Source: a virus
Virus record (IMG/VR): IMGVR_UViG_3300014613_000001
Coordinates: 64,001 to 128,000 of that record
DNA: 64,000 nucleotides
Strand: one strand, 5' to 3'
Under the pieces are notes generated by a model. That model searched no databases. It saw only the letters and a list, made by a program, of their open reading frames with translations, and was not told where the DNA came from. Positions 45,438 to 55,303 of this stretch are shown here, in pieces. Positions within the stretch are counted from its first letter, which is position 1, and every line of letters starts with the position of its first letter. Position numbers and translations under genes: made by a program.

Positions 45438-46006
45438 TGAACCCAGTAGATCAGTTCTTAGCAAATGAAGGTCACGAAAAGTCGGCAGGGTTCGAATCCT
45501 TCATGAAGGGAACTTACGGACCGTTGGCGGCGGGCTTGGGTACAGCTATCGTCGCGCCTATCGCGCTCGCTGCGGCGCAGGATGGCTACAACCAAGTCAA
45601 GGGCATGATCAACAAGAGTCGAAACTTCAAAGCCATGCTCGAGTACAATCCGAGTATCAAGAAGCTGCCAGACCAAAAGGTCAAAGCGCTCTTCGGGACC
45701 CTGCACAACGTGGCTCCTGATCTCGCAAGGGATCCTGTCGTGGCGAGCTCGTGGGTCACGCGCATGTACGACAAGGATGAATACGTCGATCCGAAAACAA
45801 TCTCTGATCTCGCCGCCGCGCAAAGCCGCATGCCTCGAGGCACGGAGCTTCCCATCCAGGCCATGTCCAGCGGGATCATGTCGAGTGTTTCAGACTATGG
45901 TCGCGACGTCGGCCGTCGTGAGCTCGACACGAGTACCCTGGAGAAGAATAGGGCTCAGACGGAAAAAGCCCGATGGGATATGACGCAACCTAGAAAAACG
46001 CCATGA
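45437..46006 (+). CDS. EKSA-leader protein with hydrophobic helix
   Basis: MNPVDQFLANEGHEKSA then GPLAAGLGTAIVAPIALAA. Confidence 0.65.
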   Translation: MNPVDQFLANEGHEKSAGFESFMKGTYGPLAAGLGTAIVAPIALAAAQDGYNQVKGMINKSRNFKAMLEYNPSIKKLPDQKVKALFGTLHNVAPDLARDPVVASSWVTRMYDKDEYVDPKTISDLAAAQSRMPRGTELPIQAMSSGIMSSVSDYGRDVGRRELDTSTLEKNRAQTEKARWDMTQPRKTP

Positions 46007-47880
46007 TCACGAAGCAATGCCAGTTCTCTGGGCGCGATGAGAGGGGTGAGTATATTCACCTTCTCCGAGCCGGGTATGACAACGAGCAGCTGGTCAAGAC
46101 AGCTGCAGCGAGTCCACCCCAGCTCGCCCGCATTCGCGCTTTCATGAAGGACCGGCCGCGCACTCCTGATCGAATCTACACGCTCATCAGCGCTCTCGGA
46201 GCTGGAGAGTTCTGGGGTTCGAACAGCAACGCTGACTACTTCGGCGTGGAGCCCCTGCTGCACACGCCCCCCAGTTGGGACGCTATGCCGCTCGAGCAGC
46301 AGCGCTTGGTCGGGGCTCGGTGGGAGTGGGGCTACCCCACCTTCTACAACGCACATGCCTTTGCCCATCATGTGAACAAGGATCCGAACAGGGCGTTTGG
46401 GTTCATCGAATATGCCATGTGGGACTCAGCCATGAAGCGAGTCCTACTGACCGTGGCGTACGATCGAGCTCGTGCGCGCCAGTTTGGATCTATCGGAGTG
46501 CTGGACCGAATTGAAAACGGAGAGTTCCCCTCGGTCAGTATGGGGACACGTGTCCCGTTTGACTGCTGCAGTATCTGCTGTAATCTCGATGCTCTTCGTC
46601 CTTATTTGGCCACGCCCCAGAAGATTGTGGCCATGCACCGACAGAACCCCATCAGGGGTCTGAGCACAGACGAAAAAAAGTACTGTGTCCATCTGAGGAC
46701 CGAGCTCAACAAGATTTATCCTGATGGCCGTAAGGTCATGATGCTCAACCTCCACCCCCGGTTCTTCGACCTCTCGGTGGTGTTCATCGGGGCGGACAAG
46801 ACTTCCTACATCCTGGCCAAGCTCGCGAATGAGTGTCCGATTCAGCCCGGTCAAAAATCATGCTCAAACTGTTCTCACACCGAGTGCGTACCCTCTGCCC
46901 ACGTGCATGAGGTCTGGAGTCGGAAGATGGAGAAGACTGCGGAGTGTACCGCGGCATCACCCAAAGGCCAGACGACACGAGAGTTGGCAAAGCATTATGC
47001 TGGTCAGATCAGGGGTGCGGTGGTAGCTGCCCGTCAGGAGAAGCGAGCCAACATCGACTTCAATGATGTTGATCCGCAAACTGAACGGGAGATCAATACC
47101 TACCTCATGAAGCAGAGGACCAAGCTGGGTGCGATTCCAAAGGGTGCGGAGATCACCAAGCACGTTGCATCCAGCTTTCGTAGGAATCTTCCGACGCTCA
47201 CAAGTCACGAACCTGATCTTCCTGAAGAGGTTCAGAATCGGATGTCTGAGAATCCGAGAGATTCTCTCAGGACTGCCGGCTCCATGGGCATTGTGCTCAA
47301 GCCGCATGAGTTTCAGCGTATGATGATCCGTAATCTCGGACGTCCCGAGCTGGCAGATGATCTTGATTCGAAGGGGTTGACGTTCCGCCCCGGCGCAGAG
47401 CCCAGTGATTTTCGTCTCGGGGATTCGATCGTACCGAAGATCCTCGAAGCCCTTCTCCCGCTCATGCGCGGAAGGAGTGCGATGACGCCGGCCCTTGGTC
47501 AGCGTACGATCATCATCATCAAGAGTTCAGCAGCTCCGCAGGATACCCCGAGATGTCTGGATGATCCTTTCTTGGACAAGATCAGTAGCGACTACACAGC
47601 GTATCGACGCGCTCTGTTGTACAACGCACCTGGACTGATTCGGGAGTCGATTTTTACCCGACCGAAGGTCGCGTCAGCCCTCTACCATGATCAAATTTTG
47701 GATCCTGGACTTGCGAAGATCGGGGGCGATGTGATGGAATCAATGATTGGAATGCTATCCTCAATTTACATGAACGAGGCTCACATGGAGAAACCGGTCT
47801 CGATGTACGTGAGGGAGCACTCCAGCCTGGCAGGTCTGGAGAAGGCTTCAGGCTTTGCATTGCTAGGCGGGGTAGCGTAG
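46003..47880 (+). CDS. Prohead (capsid maturation) protease
   Basis: N.N.DYF, AFAHHVNKD...AFG, VSMG (candidate catalytic Ser), Cys cluster and F.DLSVV..GAD are typical of prohead proteases. Upstream of scaffold and MCP. Confidence 0.7.
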   Translation: MITKQCQFSGRDERGEYIHLLRAGYDNEQLVKTAAASPPQLARIRAFMKDRPRTPDRIYTLISALGAGEFWGSNSNADYFGVEPLLHTPPSWDAMPLEQQRLVGARWEWGYPTFYNAHAFAHHVNKDPNRAFGFIEYAMWDSAMKRVLLTVAYDRARARQFGSIGVLDRIENGEFPSVSMGTRVPFDCCSICCNLDALRPYLATPQKIVAMHRQNPIRGLSTDEKKYCVHLRTELNKIYPDGRKVMMLNLHPRFFDLSVVFIGADKTSYILAKLANECPIQPGQKSCSNCSHTECVPSAHVHEVWSRKMEKTAECTAASPKGQTTRELAKHYAGQIRGAVVAARQEKRANIDFNDVDPQTEREINTYLMKQRTKLGAIPKGAEITKHVASSFRRNLPTLTSHEPDLPEEVQNRMSENPRDSLRTAGSMGIVLKPHEFQRMMIRNLGRPELADDLDSKGLTFRPGAEPSDFRLGDSIVPKILEALLPLMRGRSAMTPALGQRTIIIIKSSAAPQDTPRCLDDPFLDKISSDYTAYRRALLYNAPGLIRESIFTRPKVASALYHDQILDPGLAKIGGDVMESMIGMLSSIYMNEAHMEKPVSMYVREHSSLAGLEKASGFALLGGVA

Positions 47881-47952
47881 GGCCTCGAGGTCCCGGGATC
47901 GTTCGACCTTGCCGGTGTAGGTGTCACCAAACCGAAAGGGAAGAGAGACAAA

Positions 47953-48798
47953 ATGGACGACTTTCTTGCGAATTACTACGGAACAGGGACCGGAGCAGCC
48001 GAAACCACCAACGACGAGATCGAGAAGCTGGCGCAGCTCACCCTCCTGGCTCAGGAGGCTGAGGAGCAAGGCATCGATCTCGGTCAGTTCACCGAGGAAG
48101 AGATCATGAAGGTCGCCTCCGAGCGCTACGGTGGCGGCGAAGCTCAACCCGAGTACGACCTCGAGAAAGAGGCCGCGGCCAAGTTCGAAGAGGCCGACTT
48201 CCTCGGCCGTGTCATGGCGCACAGCATGGTGCAAGAGCTGGGTGAGATCGAGAAGCAGGCCAACTGGGCCGGGGATCTCGCGCGCAAGGGGTGGGCGGCC
48301 ACCAAGGCAGCTCCGGGCAAGGCGTATGGGAGTACCCTCGGAGCCGTTGGTGGGAAAGCTGAAGAAGCCGTCGCCAAGAGTCTCCGTGAGGGTGGCAAGG
48401 GCAAGACATTCAAGTCCCTCATCCATCGTCTTGGTGGGGGCAAGGGCCTCAAGAGCGGAGACACCTATCGAAAAGGCTCCGAGCGCCTGGCTCGCGGTGC
48501 CAACATCGCCGCTCAGGTCGGTACCGGTGCTGCTGCTGCCGGCGCTGCCGGGGGTCTCGGCTACGGCGGCTACCGGGGCGTCAAGGCTCTGAGAGACAAG
48601 AAGTCCGCCGACTCGGCCTTCGAGCAGGTCGTCATGCAGCGGGCATACGATCACCTGGCATCGGGCGGCTACGACGCGGACGCTTTCTTCGGTGTCGGGC
48701 AGGAGAAGACGGCCGCCGACGAGTTCGAAGCCACCGTGGATCGCGCTGCCCTCGAGTTCCTCGAGGCCAACGGTGTTCCCATCGCGTGGAACGAGTAG
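47953..48798 (+). CDS. Acidic scaffold-like head protein with several K-x-A motifs and a Gly-rich insert
   Basis: EIEKLA, EKEAA, EIEKQA, KKSA and EKTAA motifs. Confidence 0.6.
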   Translation: MDDFLANYYGTGTGAAETTNDEIEKLAQLTLLAQEAEEQGIDLGQFTEEEIMKVASERYGGGEAQPEYDLEKEAAAKFEEADFLGRVMAHSMVQELGEIEKQANWAGDLARKGWAATKAAPGKAYGSTLGAVGGKAEEAVAKSLREGGKGKTFKSLIHRLGGGKGLKSGDTYRKGSERLARGANIAAQVGTGAAAAGAAGGLGYGGYRGVKALRDKKSADSAFEQVVMQRAYDHLASGGYDADAFFGVGQEKTAADEFEATVDRAALEFLEANGVPIAWNE

Positions 48799-48813
48799 GT
48801 CGGGAGTAGGCGG

Positions 48814-49095
48814 ATGATCGGAGCGGTAACCATGACGGCAATGGCGGATGAGATGTTGAAGATCTCAGCAGTTTCAGCGCCATCCGTCGTGGCCCCTCCG
48901 GCTCCGGGTGGGCTTACAGGAGCTCTCAATGCGAAACCTGCGGCTCCTGTCAGTCCGGGAACGATCCAGGCCAAGGCGCTCAAGAGTACGAACTTGCAGA
49001 AGACAAACTACACGACGGTGAGCACAAAGCTCCCGACGCCGAACTTCAGTATGACGGCCGGGCAAAAGGCGATGACGCCACCGCCCGTCGGCTGA
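48814..49095 (+). CDS. Small DEMLKIS-leader protein
   Basis: MADEMLKISA then a Pro/Ala/Thr-rich tail. Confidence 0.6.
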   Translation: MIGAVTMTAMADEMLKISAVSAPSVVAPPAPGGLTGALNAKPAAPVSPGTIQAKALKSTNLQKTNYTTVSTKLPTPNFSMTAGQKAMTPPPVG

Positions 49096-49111
49096 TAACG
49101 GAGGTACCCAC

Positions 49112-50155
49112 ATGGGGTTCGATCTGAATCAAATGATCCAGCAGGCGCTCAACGAAGGTCGGGCCTCGGGGCATACGAAAATCGCCGAGGAGGTCGAAGG
49201 CGGCGCCTGCGTGAGTTGCGGCCGACCGGCTGTGGCAGATTCGAAGTACTGCCGAGAGTGCGCCGAGAAGAAAGCCAAGAAGGAGCAGCAGCAAGCTGCC
49301 CCCGGAGGCGAAGAAACGGAGAAGACTTCTTCGGAGCGCGTGGAGAAGTTGGCAGCCGCCGTCGAGTACGCCCTGTACAACCGATCTTGGATGGGTTCTG
49401 CAGGCCACGTCAAGGCAGCTGAGGGAGAGGGGGTCAACACGACTGGCCCTGCTCGCGGCCCCAACACGCTCCCAACTAACATCGCGTCTCCGACCACCGA
49501 CAAGATGCCGGAGCAATTCGGCGGCGGGGCCAAGACTGTCCCGCCCGTGAAGCCGGCGCTCGAGGCGGGTGCCAGTCCGAAAGCAGCGACCAACGCTATG
49601 CAGACGGACATGAATGCCCGTCCCGGCGGACCCGGGAACTACCCAGAGGATGGAGTTCTCGTGCAGAAGACAGGGGCTGCTGCGGCCATCAAACAGGCCA
49701 TGCTGAAGCGAGCGCAAGACGGCGACTCCACGACCATCACGACACCCAAGACCCAGACCCCGACGACACCTGAGGACCAACCTTCTCAGATGGCACGTCC
49801 TGCAGAGGTCACCAGCCAGGAGAAGATGATCGCCTCGAACGAAGCGGCCATCGACTTCACCAAACGAGATGCCAAGGCGGTACCGAAGAAGCGGATGGGA
49901 GAGGTTCTGGATGAACCCGCCCAGAGCAAGAGCGGAGACAGTGTGCTCCAAGATGCTCTGGGGTCGGACCTGGTGAACCAGGCTGGGGCCAAAGTGGCTT
50001 CTGCTCTGGACGCCGTGCAGAAGATCGCAAGTGAAGGTTGCCAATGCGGCGGCCAAGGAGCTTGTAACTTCTGCAAGATCGCTTCTCGAGTCGAGCAGAA
50101 GAGGCAGGGACTGGTTGGCTCCCGCGCCGTCGCTGCTCATGGTATGGGCCGGTAA
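49112..50155 (+). CDS. Scaffold-like disordered head protein with two Cys clusters
   Basis: CVSC...YCREC and CQC....C..C; KIA/KVAS/KIAS motifs; GGAGG SD. Confidence 0.55.
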   Translation: MGFDLNQMIQQALNEGRASGHTKIAEEVEGGACVSCGRPAVADSKYCRECAEKKAKKEQQQAAPGGEETEKTSSERVEKLAAAVEYALYNRSWMGSAGHVKAAEGEGVNTTGPARGPNTLPTNIASPTTDKMPEQFGGGAKTVPPVKPALEAGASPKAATNAMQTDMNARPGGPGNYPEDGVLVQKTGAAAAIKQAMLKRAQDGDSTTITTPKTQTPTTPEDQPSQMARPAEVTSQEKMIASNEAAIDFTKRDAKAVPKKRMGEVLDEPAQSKSGDSVLQDALGSDLVNQAGAKVASALDAVQKIASEGCQCGGQGACNFCKIASRVEQKRQGLVGSRAVAAHGMGR

Positions 50156-50164
50156 GGAGGACAC

Positions 50165-50527
50165 ATGGAAAAGCTCAGCGCAGACAAAGTCCTTGCCGTC
50201 TTCGGATCGGTTCCTTCGACGCTCAGAAAGCTGGCCTCGGAGCGGGACGCGGCACAGGTCGAAAACCTGGAGCTCAAGCGTCAGCTTCGTGAACTCCGGC
50301 TGAATGAGCGTGTGGAGAAGATCGCTCAGGAGGTTCACGACAAGGGCATTCAGCAGGGCCGAACCGTGGAAGAGACGAGAGAGTTCCTGCTTCAAAAGGC
50401 TGCTGCGGGGAAGCTCGACATCATCGAGCAGGCCGTCGACATGACGTCCCGTCAAGCAAGTCTTGGAATCCTTGGGGATCTTCCCAAGGGTGGGGAGAGC
50501 TCTCTCGACGAATTCGTCGTCAGCTGA
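50165..50527 (+). CDS. Coiled-coil scaffold/head assembly protein
   Basis: AAGGAGG SD; EKLSA, RKLAS and EKIAQ; ends LDEFV. Confidence 0.6.
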   Translation: MEKLSADKVLAVFGSVPSTLRKLASERDAAQVENLELKRQLRELRLNERVEKIAQEVHDKGIQQGRTVEETREFLLQKAAAGKLDIIEQAVDMTSRQASLGILGDLPKGGESSLDEFVVS

Positions 50528-50560
50528 ACCGGTTCTCTGGCAAGGGTGAGGTGAAAGGCT

Positions 50561-51034
50561 ATGATTCAGACATTCAGAATCGTCGGTGAGTCGCACGCCA
50601 ACCTACTCATCAGATCCTATCTCGTAGAGACGGCAGCGCTGTTGGACTTCAACAACGCCAACCCCCTCGAGATGGGCGAGTGGTTGACGATCAACGCGAG
50701 CAACCGGCTTGCGAGGGCCGCAAACCCAGGTGTCACTCCGGGACCCTTCGTGATGTACGCGGAGAAGGGCCGGTCGGATACCCAGGGTATCAGCGGCAGG
50801 GGCAAGGTCCCGATCATCATGGGCGGGGTCTATATCGGTGAGACGCTCATCTGGAATACAGGAGCGCCTCCGGTTCTCGGCGCTCGACTCGAGGTGGCGG
50901 ACGTGACGTACGACGCCTTGACGAAGTCGGGACTTCAAACACACGCAGCTGGTGCGAACCCTCGGGTAGGCCACGTCCTTCGGACGGGGGCTTCCAACGG
51001 CGGTTGGCTTCAGTTCCTGTCGGTGTGGGAGTAG
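50561..51034 (+). CDS. Capsid decoration/cement protein
   Basis: 157-aa beta-rich protein directly upstream of the MCP. Confidence 0.6.
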   Translation: MIQTFRIVGESHANLLIRSYLVETAALLDFNNANPLEMGEWLTINASNRLARAANPGVTPGPFVMYAEKGRSDTQGISGRGKVPIIMGGVYIGETLIWNTGAPPVLGARLEVADVTYDALTKSGLQTHAAGANPRVGHVLRTGASNGGWLQFLSVWE

Positions 51035-51043
51035 GAGGAGATC

Positions 51044-52174
51044 ATGAACAACCTACCTGCAGAGGTGTGGAACGGCATGTTCCTCGACAAACTCAACACC
51101 GCGGAGGGCAAGGAGAAAGTCGCCGAGTTCGGTGGCGAATACATCCGTGACCACCTGCGTGAGGTTGCGTTCTGTCGGAACATCATTCCGCCGGTCAACG
51201 TGACAAAGAGCGACGCCCGCGCGTCGATCCACCACGATACCCTCGTGATGGTCGAGGAGATCGAGCCTCAAAGCCGCGCGATGACGCTCAACTTCCGCGG
51301 CCAACCCGATGTCCGCATCATCCGTGCCGACAGATGCGAAGTTCCCTTCTTCATGATCAGCTCCGAGCGGTTCGAGAAGTGGGAAGAAGAGCTTCTCGTC
51401 TACCGGATGAAGATCACCAAGGTGATCGAAGACAACAGCATCAAGGACATCCAGGAGATCGAGGACCGCGAGTTCTTGATCCACTGCGAGGCGGCATGCC
51501 AGGCGCTCCAACAGGAAGCCAACGGCGGCGCCGTTACGTCTTTGCATCAGACCACCATCCTCGCCGGCACCGTCGTGGAGAGCTCCATCCGCAAGGGTGC
51601 GCTCGCCCGCGTCGATGCCAACAACGACAGCTTCGTCTGGCCGCTGCAACGCCAAGACATCATCAACGGCCACAAGCTCCTGGATGGCAACCGTCTCCGC
51701 TGCGAGAAGGCTCTGCTCACCGAGTCGGACTTCGACGACGTGAACCAGTGGACAGTCGAGGACTTCGGCGACAAGCTCCAGTCCGAGACCGCCGTGGAGG
51801 GCTACAAGTACTCCACCCTGATCGGACGTGGGTTCGTCCGGACCATAAAGACGGACATCCTTCGCCCCGGGAACGTGTACTTCTTCACGTCCCCGGACTT
51901 CCTGGGCCGGTTCTACATCTTGAACCAGGTCAAGTTCTACATCGACAAGGTGGTGAACTTGATCACGTGGCAGGCGTGGGAGACCATCGCAATGGCGATC
52001 CTCAACGTCGCCGCGGTTCGAAAGATCGAGCTGTACAGCGGTGATGCCACTGCCAACGACACCGACGGTATCGTGGCGGCGGGGACTGTCACACCGGTGG
52101 CCGAGGAGGATCTCGGGGCCATGAACAACCGAGTCGCGGACGAGGTGTTCTTCCCCGCGATACACTTCTTCTAG
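51044..52174 (+). CDS. Major capsid protein (HK97-like fold)
   Basis: 376 aa with very strong C/G-ending codon bias, AGGAGGAG SD and a downstream terminator. Motifs IRDHLRE..FCR.IIPP, IQEIEDREF and LRPGNVY. Confidence 0.85.
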   Translation: MNNLPAEVWNGMFLDKLNTAEGKEKVAEFGGEYIRDHLREVAFCRNIIPPVNVTKSDARASIHHDTLVMVEEIEPQSRAMTLNFRGQPDVRIIRADRCEVPFFMISSERFEKWEEELLVYRMKITKVIEDNSIKDIQEIEDREFLIHCEAACQALQQEANGGAVTSLHQTTILAGTVVESSIRKGALARVDANNDSFVWPLQRQDIINGHKLLDGNRLRCEKALLTESDFDDVNQWTVEDFGDKLQSETAVEGYKYSTLIGRGFVRTIKTDILRPGNVYFFTSPDFLGRFYILNQVKFYIDKVVNLITWQAWETIAMAILNVAAVRKIELYSGDATANDTDGIVAAGTVTPVAEEDLGAMNNRVADEVFFPAIHFF

Positions 52175-52203
52175 GCCGAACTGGTCGACTGCACGCGCAC
52201 AAC

Positions 52204-52239
52204 GGGCGCGGCGTCAACGCGGCGTCGCGCCCTTTTTTT
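52204..52239 (+). terminator. Intrinsic terminator after MCP
   Basis: GGGCGCG (52204-10)/CGCGCCC (52226-32) followed by T7. Confidence 0.85.
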
Positions 52240-52250
52240 CGGAGGTAGCG

Positions 52251-52727
52251 ATGCCCAGAATCAGCAATCCAATCATCATTCTCAGCACTGTTCGTCGTGT
52301 GCAGACACGTACGACCAGGATTCAGCAACCGACCAGGACGCCCTTCAAGCAGTATGTGTGCGGTGGTCGACACCGTCTCGTGCGGAATCAGCATGTCGTG
52401 GTCACCGAAGAAGAGATTCTTGCACACCGTCCGGAGCTCGAGAACTTGATCTCGACCGGCGTTATCGAGATCCGAGTGGGTTCTCCTGTCGGTCCCCTCT
52501 ACGAGTTTGCTACACTCGTGGAGGACCCAGAGGAGGATGAAACGAATCCGGAGCCTGCTATCGCTGAACTCGAGGAGTCGGACTCCGCGGTTGAGCGGCA
52601 GGACACACCGAATTTCCGCGCCATGGCGAAGGCCAAGCTGGTGGAGTACTTGGTCGAGCACACGGGAGAAGATCCCGAGGTGCTGGCAGCTATGAAGAAA
52701 TCCCAGCTGCTGGAGATCGTTGAATGA
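52251..52727 (+). CDS. Virion-region protein with C-terminal HeH/Rho-N-like motif
   Basis: AMAKAKLVEYL......AMKKSQLLEIV; typical post-MCP position. Confidence 0.55.
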   Translation: MPRISNPIIILSTVRRVQTRTTRIQQPTRTPFKQYVCGGRHRLVRNQHVVVTEEEILAHRPELENLISTGVIEIRVGSPVGPLYEFATLVEDPEEDETNPEPAIAELEESDSAVERQDTPNFRAMAKAKLVEYLVEHTGEDPEVLAAMKKSQLLEIVE

Positions 52728-53020
52728 GGGTGTACAACCTTACGGATCAGAGACTCGGGCCTGGGAAACCTTTTCCGCAGGTTCTGAGGATCAGTGGATT
52801 CGAAATTCAACCCGGTGGCCACACGGATTTCCCGGACAGCTTCCCGCTCCACCGCATCTCAGGATGGATGCGCGCGATTTGGGTCAGTGTGGATCACCTT
52901 CCGACCTGGTACCAGCAAGCCAGACGGACTCCTCGGCCATCTTCGACTGTGGTTACTGACGCGCCGCTCGAAGAGGACGAGAAGCTGAAAAAGCAAAGGA
53001 AGCGGAAGAAGGATGACTAG
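52724..53020 (+). CDS. Hypothetical protein with basic tail
   Basis: 98-aa coupled ORF. Confidence 0.6.
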   Translation: MRVYNLTDQRLGPGKPFPQVLRISGFEIQPGGHTDFPDSFPLHRISGWMRAIWVSVDHLPTWYQQARRTPRPSSTVVTDAPLEEDEKLKKQRKRKKDD

Positions 53021-53537
53021 GCTTCAGGGTCTGGATCAGCCGAATATCCCCGGCGCGACTGCCGTGTTCAACCACTTCGTGGCGCGTGTTCGGCTCTTCA
53101 TGAGGGACTACGCTGAGCTCAATCGGCTTGTCGAAGGGGAGGAGAGCAACGATCGTATGATCGCTTTCGCCGTCTACGACGCCCTGAGCGATTTCAATTC
53201 GACGCCTCCGTTCATTGGGACCTATGGCTTCACCGAGTTCATGACGAACAACTGGCACCACCCTCTCATGCTCAAGACCTGCGTCTGTTTGATGGAGTCC
53301 GTGGGGATATTGCAGACGAGAAATCATCTTCCGTTTTCAGATGGCGGCCTGAACGTGTCCGTATCCGACAAGACACCGCTCCTCCAGTCCTGGATCCAGC
53401 TCTTCAACATGCGGTGGGAGCGGTTCAAATCACAGACAAAAATGGCGAAGAACATCGCGCTGCTCTTCTCTGAGCCCGGAGGGGTCTCCAGCGAGCTCTT
53501 CATCGTGAATGGGTATTGGAGCTCAGAGTACAGCTAG
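53013..53537 (+). CDS. Head-tail adaptor/neck protein
   Basis: Position after MCP; ALSDFN..PP and GG..VSVSD patterns typical of adaptors. Confidence 0.6.
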   Translation: MTRLQGLDQPNIPGATAVFNHFVARVRLFMRDYAELNRLVEGEESNDRMIAFAVYDALSDFNSTPPFIGTYGFTEFMTNNWHHPLMLKTCVCLMESVGILQTRNHLPFSDGGLNVSVSDKTPLLQSWIQLFNMRWERFKSQTKMAKNIALLFSEPGGVSSELFIVNGYWSSEYS

Positions 53538-53546
53538 GAGACGAGA

Positions 53547-54025
53547 TGGCACATTGGACTGTGAGTCAGTTTTCCCGGGAGGAGGATCTTCAAGACTTCC
53601 TCAATGGGGCTATGATCGGTAACGTGAATCTCAACACTGCAGGGGCTGACGTCGACGGCAAGACGTTTATCGTCCACAACGGTACCGGCGACAAGACGAC
53701 GACCTTCGCGCCGGCCAAGGGGCGGAACTGGACCCTCAACGAGATCTTGGACGCGATCAATGCCACTATCGGTCTCGAAGGGGTGGCGACTGCCAAAGTA
53801 TTCCCATCTCAGGGTGCCGGGATTGTGGCCAAGCGGAAGCTCCGCATCATGGGTGATCCGTTTCACACCATCCGGGGCAACGGTACGGCGAACGCCGAGC
53901 TCGGTTTCACTGAAGGGGCCACGCCGGCAGATGACACGATTCAGACGATCTTCGCGATGACGACGATCAACATATATGCTCTGAGCGATCCGAATACGCA
54001 GTGGATCGTTGTTCGCTACGCATAA
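53547..54025 (+). CDS. Virion structural protein
   Basis: GGAG SD; beta-rich; resembles segments of the sheath insertion. Confidence 0.55.
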
Positions 54026-54037
54026 GAGGAGGCGCAG

Positions 54038-55303
54038 ATGTCCCTTGATGATTTTGTGACTGAGGGTACGGGCCTTCCGTGGGTAGAGGCGGCGGCCTTC
54101 TGGGTTGATCTTCATCGACCGTATAGACAACCAGTTTTGACAAAGAGCGCGGCTCTGGGGATGCTCAAGCTCGGGTACATCCGCAAGCGGGCCATAAGCG
54201 AAGAGGAAGCGATCAAGGAGCAGCAACGCGCTGCCATGACCGATCCGAACGTCGTCTCCGCTCTGGACTACCAGGAGCAGCAGGCGGAACGAGAAGAGCT
54301 GCAGATGGCCGTGCAGCAGCTTCAGCAGCAGCTCGAGCAGACTCAGCAATCCGCGGCTCAAGCCGATCAGATGGCGCAAGAGCAATCTGCTGCAAACCAG
54401 GAGCTGCAAGCACAGGTGCAGCAGGCAGCGGTCGCACAGCAGGCCGCAACAGAGCAGATGATCGCGGCCAAAGATACGGCGATGCAGGAGCAGGTGACCA
54501 GCCAGCAGAACAGAGAGCAGCTCATGCAGGCGGCTGATCAGCTGGCGCTGCAGCTCAAGCAGGTCGCCGCCCAACCTACGCAGTCCGAGCAGACTGCGAC
54601 GGCTGAACAGCAGCAGATGCAGCAGCAGGCACAGGCCGCTGGTGCACCAGCAGAGGGTGAGCAGCCTCCGCCCTCCTCGCGTACTGAGAAAGAGGTCACA
54701 GAGGCTCAGAAGGCCCAGGAGCAGGCAGCACGGCAGACAGAGCAGGCCCAGCAGTCCGCAGCCCAGGACCAGGCCAAGGTCCAGGTCAACGTCGGCGGGG
54801 CACCTCAGCCTCCAACCACCGCCGCCAGTCCGGTGAAGACCGGATCGGATCGTTCTGTCGAGCTCATGGCCTTGCTCGATGGTCACGTGAAACAAGGTTT
54901 CGACAAGGTCCGAGCGGCCTATGCAGGAGGGGGCGCAGTTCTTGGTGCCGGTCAAGCGGGCCTCGAACAGATGCTCAATCGGCGGAAGCACGGGAAGGAC
55001 GCGCCGTCTGACAAGGAGATTGATCTGTCGGCCAAGCTCCAGGCGGCGCAGACCAAAGTGAAAAGGGATCCGACCTATGCGAACAAGGGGGTCGTCAGCG
55101 CACTCCGGTTCCGTCACGACCTTGCGCAATCTGGAAGAGAGCACCCTCTCGGTGCCATGGGTAGGGGTGCAGTGCAGGGAGCTGTCCTGGGTTCTATCGC
55201 CGGTCCAAGCGCCCATAGACTGGGAGGCTGGGTCAAGAAGCTCGTCCAGGCCCGGGGTGCAGCAGCCGCCGCCGCGAAGGCTGCCAAAGGAGCCGTGTCA
55301 TGA
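54038..55303 (+). CDS. Gln/Ala-rich coiled-coil protein with C-terminal Gly-zipper helices
   Basis: Long QQ/AQ coiled coil; YAGGGAVLGAG and GAVQGAVLG. Confidence 0.7.
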   Translation: MSLDDFVTEGTGLPWVEAAAFWVDLHRPYRQPVLTKSAALGMLKLGYIRKRAISEEEAIKEQQRAAMTDPNVVSALDYQEQQAEREELQMAVQQLQQQLEQTQQSAAQADQMAQEQSAANQELQAQVQQAAVAQQAATEQMIAAKDTAMQEQVTSQQNREQLMQAADQLALQLKQVAAQPTQSEQTATAEQQQMQQQAQAAGAPAEGEQPPPSSRTEKEVTEAQKAQEQAARQTEQAQQSAAQDQAKVQVNVGGAPQPPTTAASPVKTGSDRSVELMALLDGHVKQGFDKVRAAYAGGGAVLGAGQAGLEQMLNRRKHGKDAPSDKEIDLSAKLQAAQTKVKRDPTYANKGVVSALRFRHDLAQSGREHPLGAMGRGAVQGAVLGSIAGPSAHRLGGWVKKLVQARGAAAAAAKAAKGAVS